Shown one piece after another: positions 55,796 to 64,000 of a stretch of 64,000 nucleotides of DNA. Each line of letters begins with the position of its first letter. The first letter of the stretch is position 1. Both the position numbers and the translations under genes were made by a program. The notes under the pieces are model-generated. The model made no database searches. It saw nothing but the letters and a program-made list of their open reading frames with translations, and had not been told where the DNA came from. The stretch is from Waddliaceae bacterium (GTDB lineage: Bacteria > Chlamydiota > Chlamydiia > Chlamydiales > Waddliaceae), in NCBI GenBank assembly GCA_963724325.1, contig CAVRUH010000001.1:608001-672000 (forward strand). Direction: 5' to 3'.

Positions 55796-56853
55796 ACTTT
55801 GCAATTGACTTCACGGCAATACTCCTCCTAGGGGTATTGTCCGTTATCGTATTTATCATTTGGAAATGGAGCCTCTCTTTTGAAGAGCCTCGTATCTCCC
55901 ATTCTTCATTAACTCATTTTACCTTCAGAGATCTCAGAGGAAAGTTATCTTTTCTTCCTAAATATTTGAGATGTGCAGCGCTGGTTCTATTTTCAATAGC
56001 TTTGATTGATCCACATTATTTTACTGAAAAAAAACCAAAGGGGCTTCCGATTGAAAAAAATATCCCTACTGAGGGGCTAGCAATCTATCTAGTTCTAGAT
56101 CAATCAGGCTCAATGGAAGAAGCTTCCGAACGAGGTGTGAGGAAAATTGATCTATTAAAACGAGTGACTAAAGACTTTATTAATGGCCGTCCCAATGACA
56201 TGATAGGGCTCGTTGCATTTGCTAGAAGTGCCCAGATTATGGCTCCTCTGACTTTGGATCACAATGATATCATCAAACAATTAAATGGTGTCAATGTAGT
56301 CAAAGATCCAGCGCAAGATGGTACTTCGATAGGCTACGCCATATATAAAACTGTCAATCTCATTGCAGAAACGCGAAAATACAATGAAGAATTATCAGGA
56401 CAAGGGAAGCCAGCCTATGAAATTAAAAATGCAGTGATTATCCTAGTTACGGACGGCTTTCAAGCTCCAAGCCCCTTGGACACAGGTAATCGGTTGCGTA
56501 ATTTAGACCTCAGCGAAGCGGGCGATTTTGCAAAAAAAAATCATGTTAGAGTCTATATTGTCAATGTGGAGCCTAGAATAGGTGAAAACAAGGAATTTGT
56601 TCCCCAGTTGCACCTTTTGGAACGAGTTGCAGATGAAACGGGTGGAAAATTTTATCTTGTGGCCGAATCAAAAAGCCTCGAAGATATCTATGGAGAAATT
56701 GACCACATTGAGAAAAGCGTTTTTACAGCAAATCAATATAATTCAATCCTTTATGAAAGAGTTTCTCTCTATCCAATTTTTGTCGCAGCAGGATTATTCT
56801 GCATGCTCCTTTCGGCGCTATTAGATACAACGGTGCTGAGGAGGATTCCATGA
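55792..56853 (+). CDS. BatA-like VWA membrane protein
   Basis: LDQSGSM MIDAS, APLTLD, GTSIG, VTDG, TGGKFY. Confidence 0.88.
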   Translation: MNFAIDFTAILLLGVLSVIVFIIWKWSLSFEEPRISHSSLTHFTFRDLRGKLSFLPKYLRCAALVLFSIALIDPHYFTEKKPKGLPIEKNIPTEGLAIYLVLDQSGSMEEASERGVRKIDLLKRVTKDFINGRPNDMIGLVAFARSAQIMAPLTLDHNDIIKQLNGVNVVKDPAQDGTSIGYAIYKTVNLIAETRKYNEELSGQGKPAYEIKNAVIILVTDGFQAPSPLDTGNRLRNLDLSEAGDFAKKNHVRVYIVNVEPRIGENKEFVPQLHLLERVADETGGKFYLVAESKSLEDIYGEIDHIEKSVFTANQYNSILYERVSLYPIFVAAGLFCMLLSALLDTTVLRRIP

Positions 56854-57908
56854 TTCCCGCTGATTTAATCTATGGCAATATTTCTGCAGTATACCTATTG
56901 ATTTTTGCATTAATTATTCCTTTGCTTGGATGGAACCTTTATGTCTATCGCAAGAAAAAATTAGGAAACTTTGCTTCAAGCGATATTTTAAATCAACTTT
57001 TAGTTCAAAGATCGCAATATAATTTCTGGGGAAAGGTCATTGCCTTAAGTTTGGCGGTCATTTTCGGGGTTATTTCCTTAATGGAACCCATAGGTAATGG
57101 ACACTATCCCACAGGAGCAAAGGTAAAGCTTCCAACTGAAGAAATCAATACACGGCGCCGGGTGAATGATGTTATTTTTGTTGTTGATTCATCAGCTTCA
57201 ATGGGTGCCACGGATACTCGGACCGGTGTAAGCCGTCTTGACAGTGCAAAAGAGATTGTGGATGAGATCATTAGTAGATTGCATGGAGAAAGCATTTCTT
57301 TATGGGCTTTTGCAGGAGAACCTGCAAAGCTGTCCCCATTAACAATGGACTACTTTTTTGTTCGGATGATGCTTAAACAAATGGACTATAATGAAGGAGA
57401 TGTGCCCGGAACCAACATAGAAAATGTACTTTCAGTCATACGCAAAGAATATTATTCCACAATTTCGACAAAACATCGAACTATAGTATTGCTTTCAGAC
57501 GGGGGAGAAGACGAACCATTAACGATTGCGAATACCGTAGATCAGGCGGACATTCTCAATTTACGAGTTTATACAGTTGGCATGGGATCGAAGGAGGGAA
57601 AGATAATTCCTGGAATAAAGCCCGATGTAATTTCAAAGCTAGAACCATCACTCCTACAGCAACTTGCAGAAAAAGGCAGAGGAAAATATTATATCGCTAA
57701 TGATTATACAGCAATACAGCTTGCTGAAGATGTTGCGACAAGAATAAATAATGAAAGTAAGTTTGAAGAATTTAAAGAAAAACTACCAGCGATATCCTCA
57801 GAAGAAATAATATATGATCTCTACTTCCAATTTCCCCTGGCTCTTGCATTAGTCTTATTGCTCTTCGTGACAATATTTCCCGACACCACAAAAAAGAGGC
57901 AAATATGA
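56850..57908 (+). CDS. BatB-like VWA membrane protein
   Basis: VDSSASM, SRL..AK, SPLTMD, LSDG. Confidence 0.88.
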   Translation: MIPADLIYGNISAVYLLIFALIIPLLGWNLYVYRKKKLGNFASSDILNQLLVQRSQYNFWGKVIALSLAVIFGVISLMEPIGNGHYPTGAKVKLPTEEINTRRRVNDVIFVVDSSASMGATDTRTGVSRLDSAKEIVDEIISRLHGESISLWAFAGEPAKLSPLTMDYFFVRMMLKQMDYNEGDVPGTNIENVLSVIRKEYYSTISTKHRTIVLLSDGGEDEPLTIANTVDQADILNLRVYTVGMGSKEGKIIPGIKPDVISKLEPSLLQQLAEKGRGKYYIANDYTAIQLAEDVATRINNESKFEEFKEKLPAISSEEIIYDLYFQFPLALALVLLLFVTIFPDTTKKRQI

Positions 57909-58915
57909 GTATCGTGCCCCGTGCGATCATGCATATCCTCCTTTATACAAGGGATAACAGGATTTGGATGATCGCATACATGATTTATTTATTTTCGTGT
58001 TGGTCATACAGTTTACCAGCCTTATCACTGTCGCAGGAGGGGGCAGCCTATTTTGAAGCAAAAGAATACGAAAAGGCCATAGAACTCTATGAAAAAGTGG
58101 CAAAAAGCGATATAAGTTCGTGGCAACAGGCAGCAGTACAATATAATATTGGTACATGTTACATGGCCGCAGGAGATGTAAAATCTGCTTTAAGAGTATT
58201 GAGAGGCATTCAAACAATATCGCCGCTTGTCTTGCGACAGATACATCAAAATCTAGCTCTCATATTGATGAAGGATGACAAAACACTTCAGGAAGCAAAG
58301 CTCGAAATTGACGCAGCCATTAGAGCCGACTGCATTCTACTAAAGGTTGAAGGATCTCAAGATTGTCATCCCTCACCGACACTCTATGAAATTCGCGATT
58401 TTATTGAGAAAAAATTGTCTGCTATTCCTTCACAACCCTTTCAAAATATTGTTGAAAGCAATGATCCTCAGTCTATACTAGATGCCTCAATTAAGGAACA
58501 AGAGCATGCGCTACTCATTAATCGACTTTATCAAGAATCTAACGTGCAATCAGTGGAAACCCGTCAATTAGTGAATGAGGCACAAGCAAAGGTTTTAATG
58601 GTTGCAGAGCCATATTTGAAGCATGTTTTGGAGTACGAAAAACAAAATTATCCAAAGCAATGCCAATGTACTCCGTGGGACAATATCATTCCAAACTTTG
58701 AAAAAGGTTATCAGCTTGCAAAATGGAAGCTTGCTTACATACCTATCCAAGAAGAGATTTTGAGATTATGGAGAGATGCAAAAGAACCCCCGAAAAAGCC
58801 CCCTGAAAAGCCAAGCAATGAAGTGCTTCGAGAATTGCAGAAAATGGAGCAGGAAGACAACTTACCGCAGGTACCCAAACCTTTGAATACAAAGGGGATT
58901 AAAAAACCATGGTAA
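57905..58915 (+). CDS. BatC-like TPR protein
   Basis: YEKAIELY, YNIGTCY TPRs; terminal KPW. Confidence 0.75.
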   Translation: MSIVPRAIMHILLYTRDNRIWMIAYMIYLFSCWSYSLPALSLSQEGAAYFEAKEYEKAIELYEKVAKSDISSWQQAAVQYNIGTCYMAAGDVKSALRVLRGIQTISPLVLRQIHQNLALILMKDDKTLQEAKLEIDAAIRADCILLKVEGSQDCHPSPTLYEIRDFIEKKLSAIPSQPFQNIVESNDPQSILDASIKEQEHALLINRLYQESNVQSVETRQLVNEAQAKVLMVAEPYLKHVLEYEKQNYPKQCQCTPWDNIIPNFEKGYQLAKWKLAYIPIQEEILRLWRDAKEPPKKPPEKPSNEVLRELQKMEQEDNLPQVPKPLNTKGIKKPW

Positions 58916-60486
58916 GAATGCTTCTCTTCCTTTTAATAGTCCCTCTAATGCTCTTTTCAGAAGAAGATCAAGTGATCTTTCGTCTAGAAACATTTGTCGA
59001 CGCCAATCCAACCATATATCCCAGTGAAACTATTAGAATTGGATATCGCTACATTTTCAACAGAAATTTCAGCTTAACAAAAGAAGAAATTCCCCTCCTT
59101 GAAGCAAATGGATTTCACAAAATCGGAGAAAAAGTCTTTCAAGATAGTGTGACTGGAACAATAACAACAGTTGAAATTTCACAAGTTGCCGAAACTGTTG
59201 CCCCAGGAACTTATACATTTGGTCCTTCAGAAATTTCAGGAAAATCCTATACCGAAAATGCTGTTGGCACACGCGAATATTCGAAAGAAGAATATTCGGC
59301 AAAAGCTTCAGGCGTCACTATAGTGGTTCATCCATTTCCCGAGAAAAATAAACCAGCTTCTTTCAACGGCGCAGTCGGTCAATTCACCATGGATGTTGTT
59401 TTGTTGACTCCTGCAGAAATGGCAGTAGGAGATAAAATTCTTTTACAAATAAAAATTGTTGGGCCCGGTGAAATTAACTATATTCCTTTTCCAGAAATAT
59501 GCTGTCAGCCTGGCTTTAGCGGATTTTTTAAAATGAGCGATCTTCCTCCCACTGAAAAAATCGGAGACAAATCAAAGGTTTTTGTTCTAGAAATGCGCCC
59601 TCAATCGGAATCTATCAATGAAATTCCACCTATCGAATTTTCTTTCTTCAATCCCATTAATGAAACCTATGTCACTATTACTAGTGATCCTATTCCCGTC
59701 AAAGTACATCCTTTGAATAACGAGCCTCCGGTTGTTCCAACAAAACCCTCAGGACCACCTGATCAAGCTAAGACGACCGAAATTGAAATTCAAAGCGTAT
59801 ATCCATTGTCATCATTTTGGTATTCAAATATTGTAAATGAAAAGCTTAAATTTGCATCTAGTAGTTATGTAGAGGCAGAAAAAACAAATATTGTTGCAAC
59901 ACGCGCGGTTGGATTCAACCTTGCTTTAGAAATTTATACCTCACTTGAAAAGAAATTATCATCAGCCAAATTGTATTACAACATTGCAAATTGCTATTTT
60001 CAGGTTGCACAGTATTCTCTAGCTATTTTTTACTATAACAAAGCCCTCAAGCTAGCGCCCCGCGAACCTAGAATCCTCCAAAATCTGGAGGTTGCGCAAG
60101 CAAAGCAAGGGCTTTCACAAAATAGTTCTGTGAATTATTTTTCCATGTCTGAGAGGCTGCGGGTATTTTATATTGTTTTGGGCGCTGCAATAGTTTTTTT
60201 CTTTATCAATACTTTCTTGTTTCGTATATTTTCCGCGATCACACTCATTTGTATATTGAGCTTTATGTATACAATCTATTTTGTGAAGGCTGAAGGTGTC
60301 ATCATCACTTCCTCGGTCATCTATCAAGATGCCGGAACTCAATACGCCAAAGTTTCAGAAAAGCCCATTTTAGCTGGTTTTCGCGTTGCTGTTCTCGATG
60401 AAGCCCAAAAGGGAACATGGCTAAAAATTCAGGCACAAGACGGCACTATTGGCTATGTCCCATCTAACAACATTAGGCTTTTTTAA
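58909..60486 (+). CDS. BatD/BatE-like fusion (Ig-like, TPR, TM, SH3)
   Basis: FNGAVGQF, FSFFNP...Y, YYNIANCYF, WLKIQ..DG.IGYVP. Confidence 0.8.
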   Translation: MVRMLLFLLIVPLMLFSEEDQVIFRLETFVDANPTIYPSETIRIGYRYIFNRNFSLTKEEIPLLEANGFHKIGEKVFQDSVTGTITTVEISQVAETVAPGTYTFGPSEISGKSYTENAVGTREYSKEEYSAKASGVTIVVHPFPEKNKPASFNGAVGQFTMDVVLLTPAEMAVGDKILLQIKIVGPGEINYIPFPEICCQPGFSGFFKMSDLPPTEKIGDKSKVFVLEMRPQSESINEIPPIEFSFFNPINETYVTITSDPIPVKVHPLNNEPPVVPTKPSGPPDQAKTTEIEIQSVYPLSSFWYSNIVNEKLKFASSSYVEAEKTNIVATRAVGFNLALEIYTSLEKKLSSAKLYYNIANCYFQVAQYSLAIFYYNKALKLAPREPRILQNLEVAQAKQGLSQNSSVNYFSMSERLRVFYIVLGAAIVFFFINTFLFRIFSAITLICILSFMYTIYFVKAEGVIITSSVIYQDAGTQYAKVSEKPILAGFRVAVLDEAQKGTWLKIQAQDGTIGYVPSNNIRLF

Positions 60487-60574
60487 CAGCATCTTTTAGA
60501 AGTTAAAAAAAGTTGCCTTAAATTGTTTGATTGTGATAAAAAATCAGTCAAACTATTACCAAATGAGGTTGAAA

Positions 60575-61744
60575 ATGTCAGCTCCAATTATTTTTTCTTC
60601 TGTCAATACTATCCAGAAAACATCCCATATTGTAGATCATATTCGTTGCGGTGACTCCAAACTTGTATGCAATGGCAGAAATTGGACAACCGTGCCCAAA
60701 CCCCCAGGTGTAGTCCTTGGAGAAGTTCTTTTGAATTGTGTTATTCGTCCTTCAATAGATGGCGTCTCCAATTTATCAAATTATGCTTGGAGTTTGATTA
60801 AATCTGGTTTTTCTGCCTTAGATAGCGTAGTACCAAAGATCAACTTTCTTACTGTTGTAGGAGGAGCGGAGGTACCGTCTCAAATAAAATCTCTTGAACA
60901 ATTTAAAAGCGGATTCATAAAGGAATTTTTTCCCATAATGCAGGTGAGAAATCAACTTGATATTACCTACTTTGATCTATTGTGTTCCCTTAGCAGGGAT
61001 ATAGCTAATGAACTTAAAGGCAATGATATTGCAGCATGTGTTGCAGGCGTTATTTATGCAGAGATCAGAAATCAAGTAACGGATCCGTATAATTTAAATT
61101 GTATTTTTAATGAAACAAGTGTTCGCAAATTAATAATAGATTCACATCTTACCGATGAAATAAGTTCTTCCGCTTTACTGACAGTTCCGGCCTTTAAATC
61201 TGAGTTTTGTGAAGTGGATAATAAGGCAACTATTGAATCAATATGTGTAATGGATGCTGTCAATATCCTGAGAACAGGTGCATTCTACATAATATCTAGG
61301 TCCTATGGATGGGGTAGTTACACCGTAGAGCATAGCAATCATGCGACGTCCTGTAATTATACGATTAATGAGTATGTGATTGAAACTTTATTTCGCAATC
61401 CGATCTTACAACCAAAAATTAAAACCAAAACCCGTTTTGCTAGGGAAATTGTAGAGTCTGCAAATAAATTCAGAATGGATTTTATCGAGCAGATTTTCAA
61501 TGAGCTAAATTCGGAAAACAAAAAAAAATCAACCGATTATATCGACATTATCAACGTGTTTTATAGGGCAGGGGCATGTGGAAAAGCACCATACAACTCG
61601 GAAGATCCTTTTGCAGAGCATGGACGACAACTAAATCCTGAAAAATTTGCATTAGATGAGCTGTTGATTAGCACCAAATTTCACATGCGTAACTTTATTG
61701 TTCAATTACGTTATGAGCTCAATGGATTCCAACATAAAAAATAA
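60575..61744 (+). CDS. Hypothetical protein
   Basis: ~390-aa ORF with GAGG RBS; no recognised motif. Confidence 0.7.
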   Translation: MSAPIIFSSVNTIQKTSHIVDHIRCGDSKLVCNGRNWTTVPKPPGVVLGEVLLNCVIRPSIDGVSNLSNYAWSLIKSGFSALDSVVPKINFLTVVGGAEVPSQIKSLEQFKSGFIKEFFPIMQVRNQLDITYFDLLCSLSRDIANELKGNDIAACVAGVIYAEIRNQVTDPYNLNCIFNETSVRKLIIDSHLTDEISSSALLTVPAFKSEFCEVDNKATIESICVMDAVNILRTGAFYIISRSYGWGSYTVEHSNHATSCNYTINEYVIETLFRNPILQPKIKTKTRFAREIVESANKFRMDFIEQIFNELNSENKKKSTDYIDIINVFYRAGACGKAPYNSEDPFAEHGRQLNPEKFALDELLISTKFHMRNFIVQLRYELNGFQHKK

Positions 61745-61860
61745 TCCAAGAGATTGTTAAGCATTTTTTTTGAAAAGATTTAGCTGATTTTTACCCAATA
61801 AATTCTCTCGACATAAAATGTGCAGAAAATTCGTAAATGGCTATCAAAATGATTATCATT

Positions 61861-61900
61861 TTGACAACAATATCTATTTTTACCTATCATATTGACAGGT
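61861..61900 (+). promoter_or_regulatory. TTGACA-N18-TATCAT promoter with overlapping palindrome
   Basis: ACCTATCA-TAT-TGACAGGT at 61882-61900. Confidence 0.6.
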
Positions 61901-61931
61901 TAAAACCATTTCAAGTATTATAGAGGTATAC

Positions 61932-62249
61932 ATGGGAAAGATAGTCCCTTTTGAATCGCAAGAACCGCCATTTACATTGGATGAAGCAGTAAAGAAAATA
62001 CATGAATTAGCGAAGAAATCTACAAATGTATTTATTATCAGCAATCATGCAGAAAAAAGAGCAGAAACTAGAAATGCGACACTCAGACAAATATCTGATG
62101 TGCTGAAACACGGAAAAGGTGTGGATGGACCAACACAAGATGAACATGGTAATTGGAGAGTAAAAATAAAACATTATACTTGTGGAAGAACAGTACAAGT
62201 TGTGGTGGCTTTTAAAGGAGACCGCTTAATTATTGTAACAGTAATATAA
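61932..62249 (+). CDS. DUF4258-family putative toxin
   Basis: SNHAEKRAETR...VLKHG...WRV...IIVTVI. Confidence 0.82.
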   Translation: MGKIVPFESQEPPFTLDEAVKKIHELAKKSTNVFIISNHAEKRAETRNATLRQISDVLKHGKGVDGPTQDEHGNWRVKIKHYTCGRTVQVVVAFKGDRLIIVTVI

Positions 62250-62263
62250 ATTTTGAGTTTTTT

Positions 62264-62719
62264 ATGAAGAAAAAATTATATCATTATACAGATTGTGGTC
62301 TAAATAACGTTTATTTGGTAAATGGTTTTAACACTATTGAAACTGAATATGGCGTTGCTGTTTCTATAAACAATATGGATGGTTTGCATAAATCTATAGG
62401 TTTGTTTTTGATCTCATCAATCAGAGATTTACCCGGAGATGAAATTAGATTTTTAAGGCATGAAATGCTTATGTCTCAGAGAACTCTTTCTTCCTTATTA
62501 GGAGTAAGTGAACAAGAAATTCGACGATGGGAAAATGGAAAAATAAAAATTCCTAAACCATCAGAATCTCTTCTACGCTTGCTTTATAGAGAGCATGCAA
62601 TTGATAAAAGTGGAAAAATTGCGAGCATTCTAAAAAAGATTTCACACTTAGAAGAAAAAATAAATGAAATGCAATTCATATTTAAAATTTCAAAAAATGA
62701 ATGGCAAGCTGCTGCTTAA
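62264..62719 (+). CDS. Xre-HTH antitoxin (MqsA-like)
   Basis: YHYTDCGLNNVYLVNGF; EIRFLR...SQ..L..LLGV....IRRWENG. Confidence 0.85.
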   Translation: MKKKLYHYTDCGLNNVYLVNGFNTIETEYGVAVSINNMDGLHKSIGLFLISSIRDLPGDEIRFLRHEMLMSQRTLSSLLGVSEQEIRRWENGKIKIPKPSESLLRLLYREHAIDKSGKIASILKKISHLEEKINEMQFIFKISKNEWQAAA

Positions 62720-62750
62720 AAGGACATAAATGTTCTTTTTATGTCCTTTT
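62718..62750. terminator. Bidirectional intrinsic terminator
   Basis: AAAAGGACATAAA / TTTATGTCCTTTT between convergent genes. Confidence 0.75.
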
Positions 62751-62788
62751 CGTTATTGAACGATTAGGTATTGTAGAGCATTTTTTAT

Positions 62789-64000
62789 CTATAAGCTTTT
62801 TCGTCTTGACTCTGAGATGGCAAGGAAGATAAAGCCTATAGTGCCTATCGTGAGGGCGATTGGAATGACCGCGACACCATATAAGAGTGCCTTGGATGTG
62901 TTGGGTCCACCGAGAGTGTTAACGACGCTTCCAATGACCGTATGAAATCCATATCCGAAAATCATAATGATCATGTTCGCCACTGCAGTTGCCAATCCAG
63001 CGACCTCAATGCGCACAAAAGTCGATGCCTTGTAAATAGCCAAAATTTGATAGGCGCAACACACCCCTACAAACGCAAACGCTACGGTAATTAGGCTTGA
63101 AGTTAGCTCTCCGGTCAATAAAAATGAAAAACAGACGACCATTGTTGCTCCCGCCATAATAATCGTAGCTAGATACCCGCCAATTTTCTCGGCAAGCAAA
63201 CTTAGCACAGGAGCTCCAAAACACATGCCAATAAAAATTATCGAAGTTAATCCTGCTGCCATGGTTGTGTCAAATCCATAGATCTGTTTCAAAAATGCCG
63301 TTCCCCAAACGTCTGCAAACCCTTCTAGCGGCCCTACCATTAATCCGGCGCAAATACATGTCCAAATGACATTTTTATTGAAAAGAACCTCTTTTACTTC
63401 AGCTGCAATAGTCTCATTAGGAGTGCTTTCTAAGTTAGGTAAAATCCAATACGTCAGAGCTGCCAAAGCTATCCCTGCAACTGCAAATATTTGAACAACT
63501 GCATGATACCCAAATGTCTCACGCATGTAGCTTACAGGTCCGCCTCCATATATTGCTCCAATGAGTCCTATGGTCACAGAAAGACTTAGCATGCGGGGAA
63601 AATTCTTTTCGCTAAATGTCATTCGGATAATTTTGAAGACCCCTAAAATTGCTGCTGAAGACCCCATTCCAAGTAATAGTCTCCCCGCAATGGGAAATAT
63701 CCAATGGTGGGTGAAAATCAATGGCAATATTCCTATGACTGATAGAAGAATGCTTGCGGTCATGATTTTCCTAGGGCCATACCTGTCTAGCATAATACCA
63801 ATCGGTAGGTGCATGAGTGAATAGCCAATGTAGTAGACACCGGAAAATTGGCCAAAAGTTGCAGCGCTTATATCAAATTGCTGCATGATGTCATCCAGCA
63901 TAATATTGGGCATGACTCTTAAAATGTATTGGTACGCATAAAATACAGATGCAATAATCCATATCATCAATGCGACGGTACGTGACTTAGAAATAGACGA
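62789..64000 (-). CDS. MFS transporter; start lies beyond the window edge
   Basis: GIMLDRYGPR motif A, many TMs; frame open to 64000. Confidence 0.92.
   Translation of the reverse strand, partial: SSISKSRTVALMIWIIASVFYAYQYILRVMPNIMLDDIMQQFDISAATFGQFSGVYYIGYSLMHLPIGIMLDRYGPRKIMTASILLSVIGILPLIFTHHWIFPIAGRLLLGMGSSAAILGVFKIIRMTFSEKNFPRMLSLSVTIGLIGAIYGGGPVSYMRETFGYHAVVQIFAVAGIALAALTYWILPNLESTPNETIAAEVKEVLFNKNVIWTCICAGLMVGPLEGFADVWGTAFLKQIYGFDTTMAAGLTSIIFIGMCFGAPVLSLLAEKIGGYLATIIMAGATMVVCFSFLLTGELTSSLITVAFAFVGVCCAYQILAIYKASTFVRIEVAGLATAVANMIIMIFGYGFHTVIGSVVNTLGGPNTSKALLYGVAVIPIALTIGTIGFIFLAISESRRKSL

Noticed and set aside
1..64000. tRNA, rRNA, integrase, transposase or prophage genes
   Set aside because: No recognisable signatures found by eye

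Overview
Chromosomal window from what is most likely an environmental member of the phylum Chlamydiae. The evidence is the TopA-SWIB fusion, the DUF2709-like/tsaE/dnaQ gene order, and ankyrin and F-box effector-like genes. Housekeeping blocks are radA-rnc-argS, tsaE-engB-dnaQ, pgk (frameshifted), topA-dprA, parB, lplA, plsC and secA. Accessory genes include a 2017-aa single-module fully reducing type I PKS, four stand-alone AAA+ ATPase/PD-(D/E)xK-nuclease genes each preceded by its own palindromic operator-like array, three type II TA loci (one with a dead toxin), candidate host effectors, several MITE/REP-like palindromic repeats and a Bat (VWA/TPR) cluster. A bioBFDA operon carries a ferritin-like diiron (BioE-like) gene. 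The ORF track misses a bTHX ribosomal protein gene (18849-18944) and an efflux lipoprotein 5' end (1-207). Best candidates for new biology: (1) a winged-helix/DUF6314-like protein divergent from the biotin operon with two AAACTA-N5-TAGTTT palindromes between them, a possible BirA-independent biotin regulator; (2) the ATPase-nuclease genes with cognate operator arrays, one phased at exactly 27 bp; (3) the orphan PKS; (4) a structured leader/small-ORF locus at 31.4-31.8 kb. All family assignments are motif recognition by eye; no searches were run.
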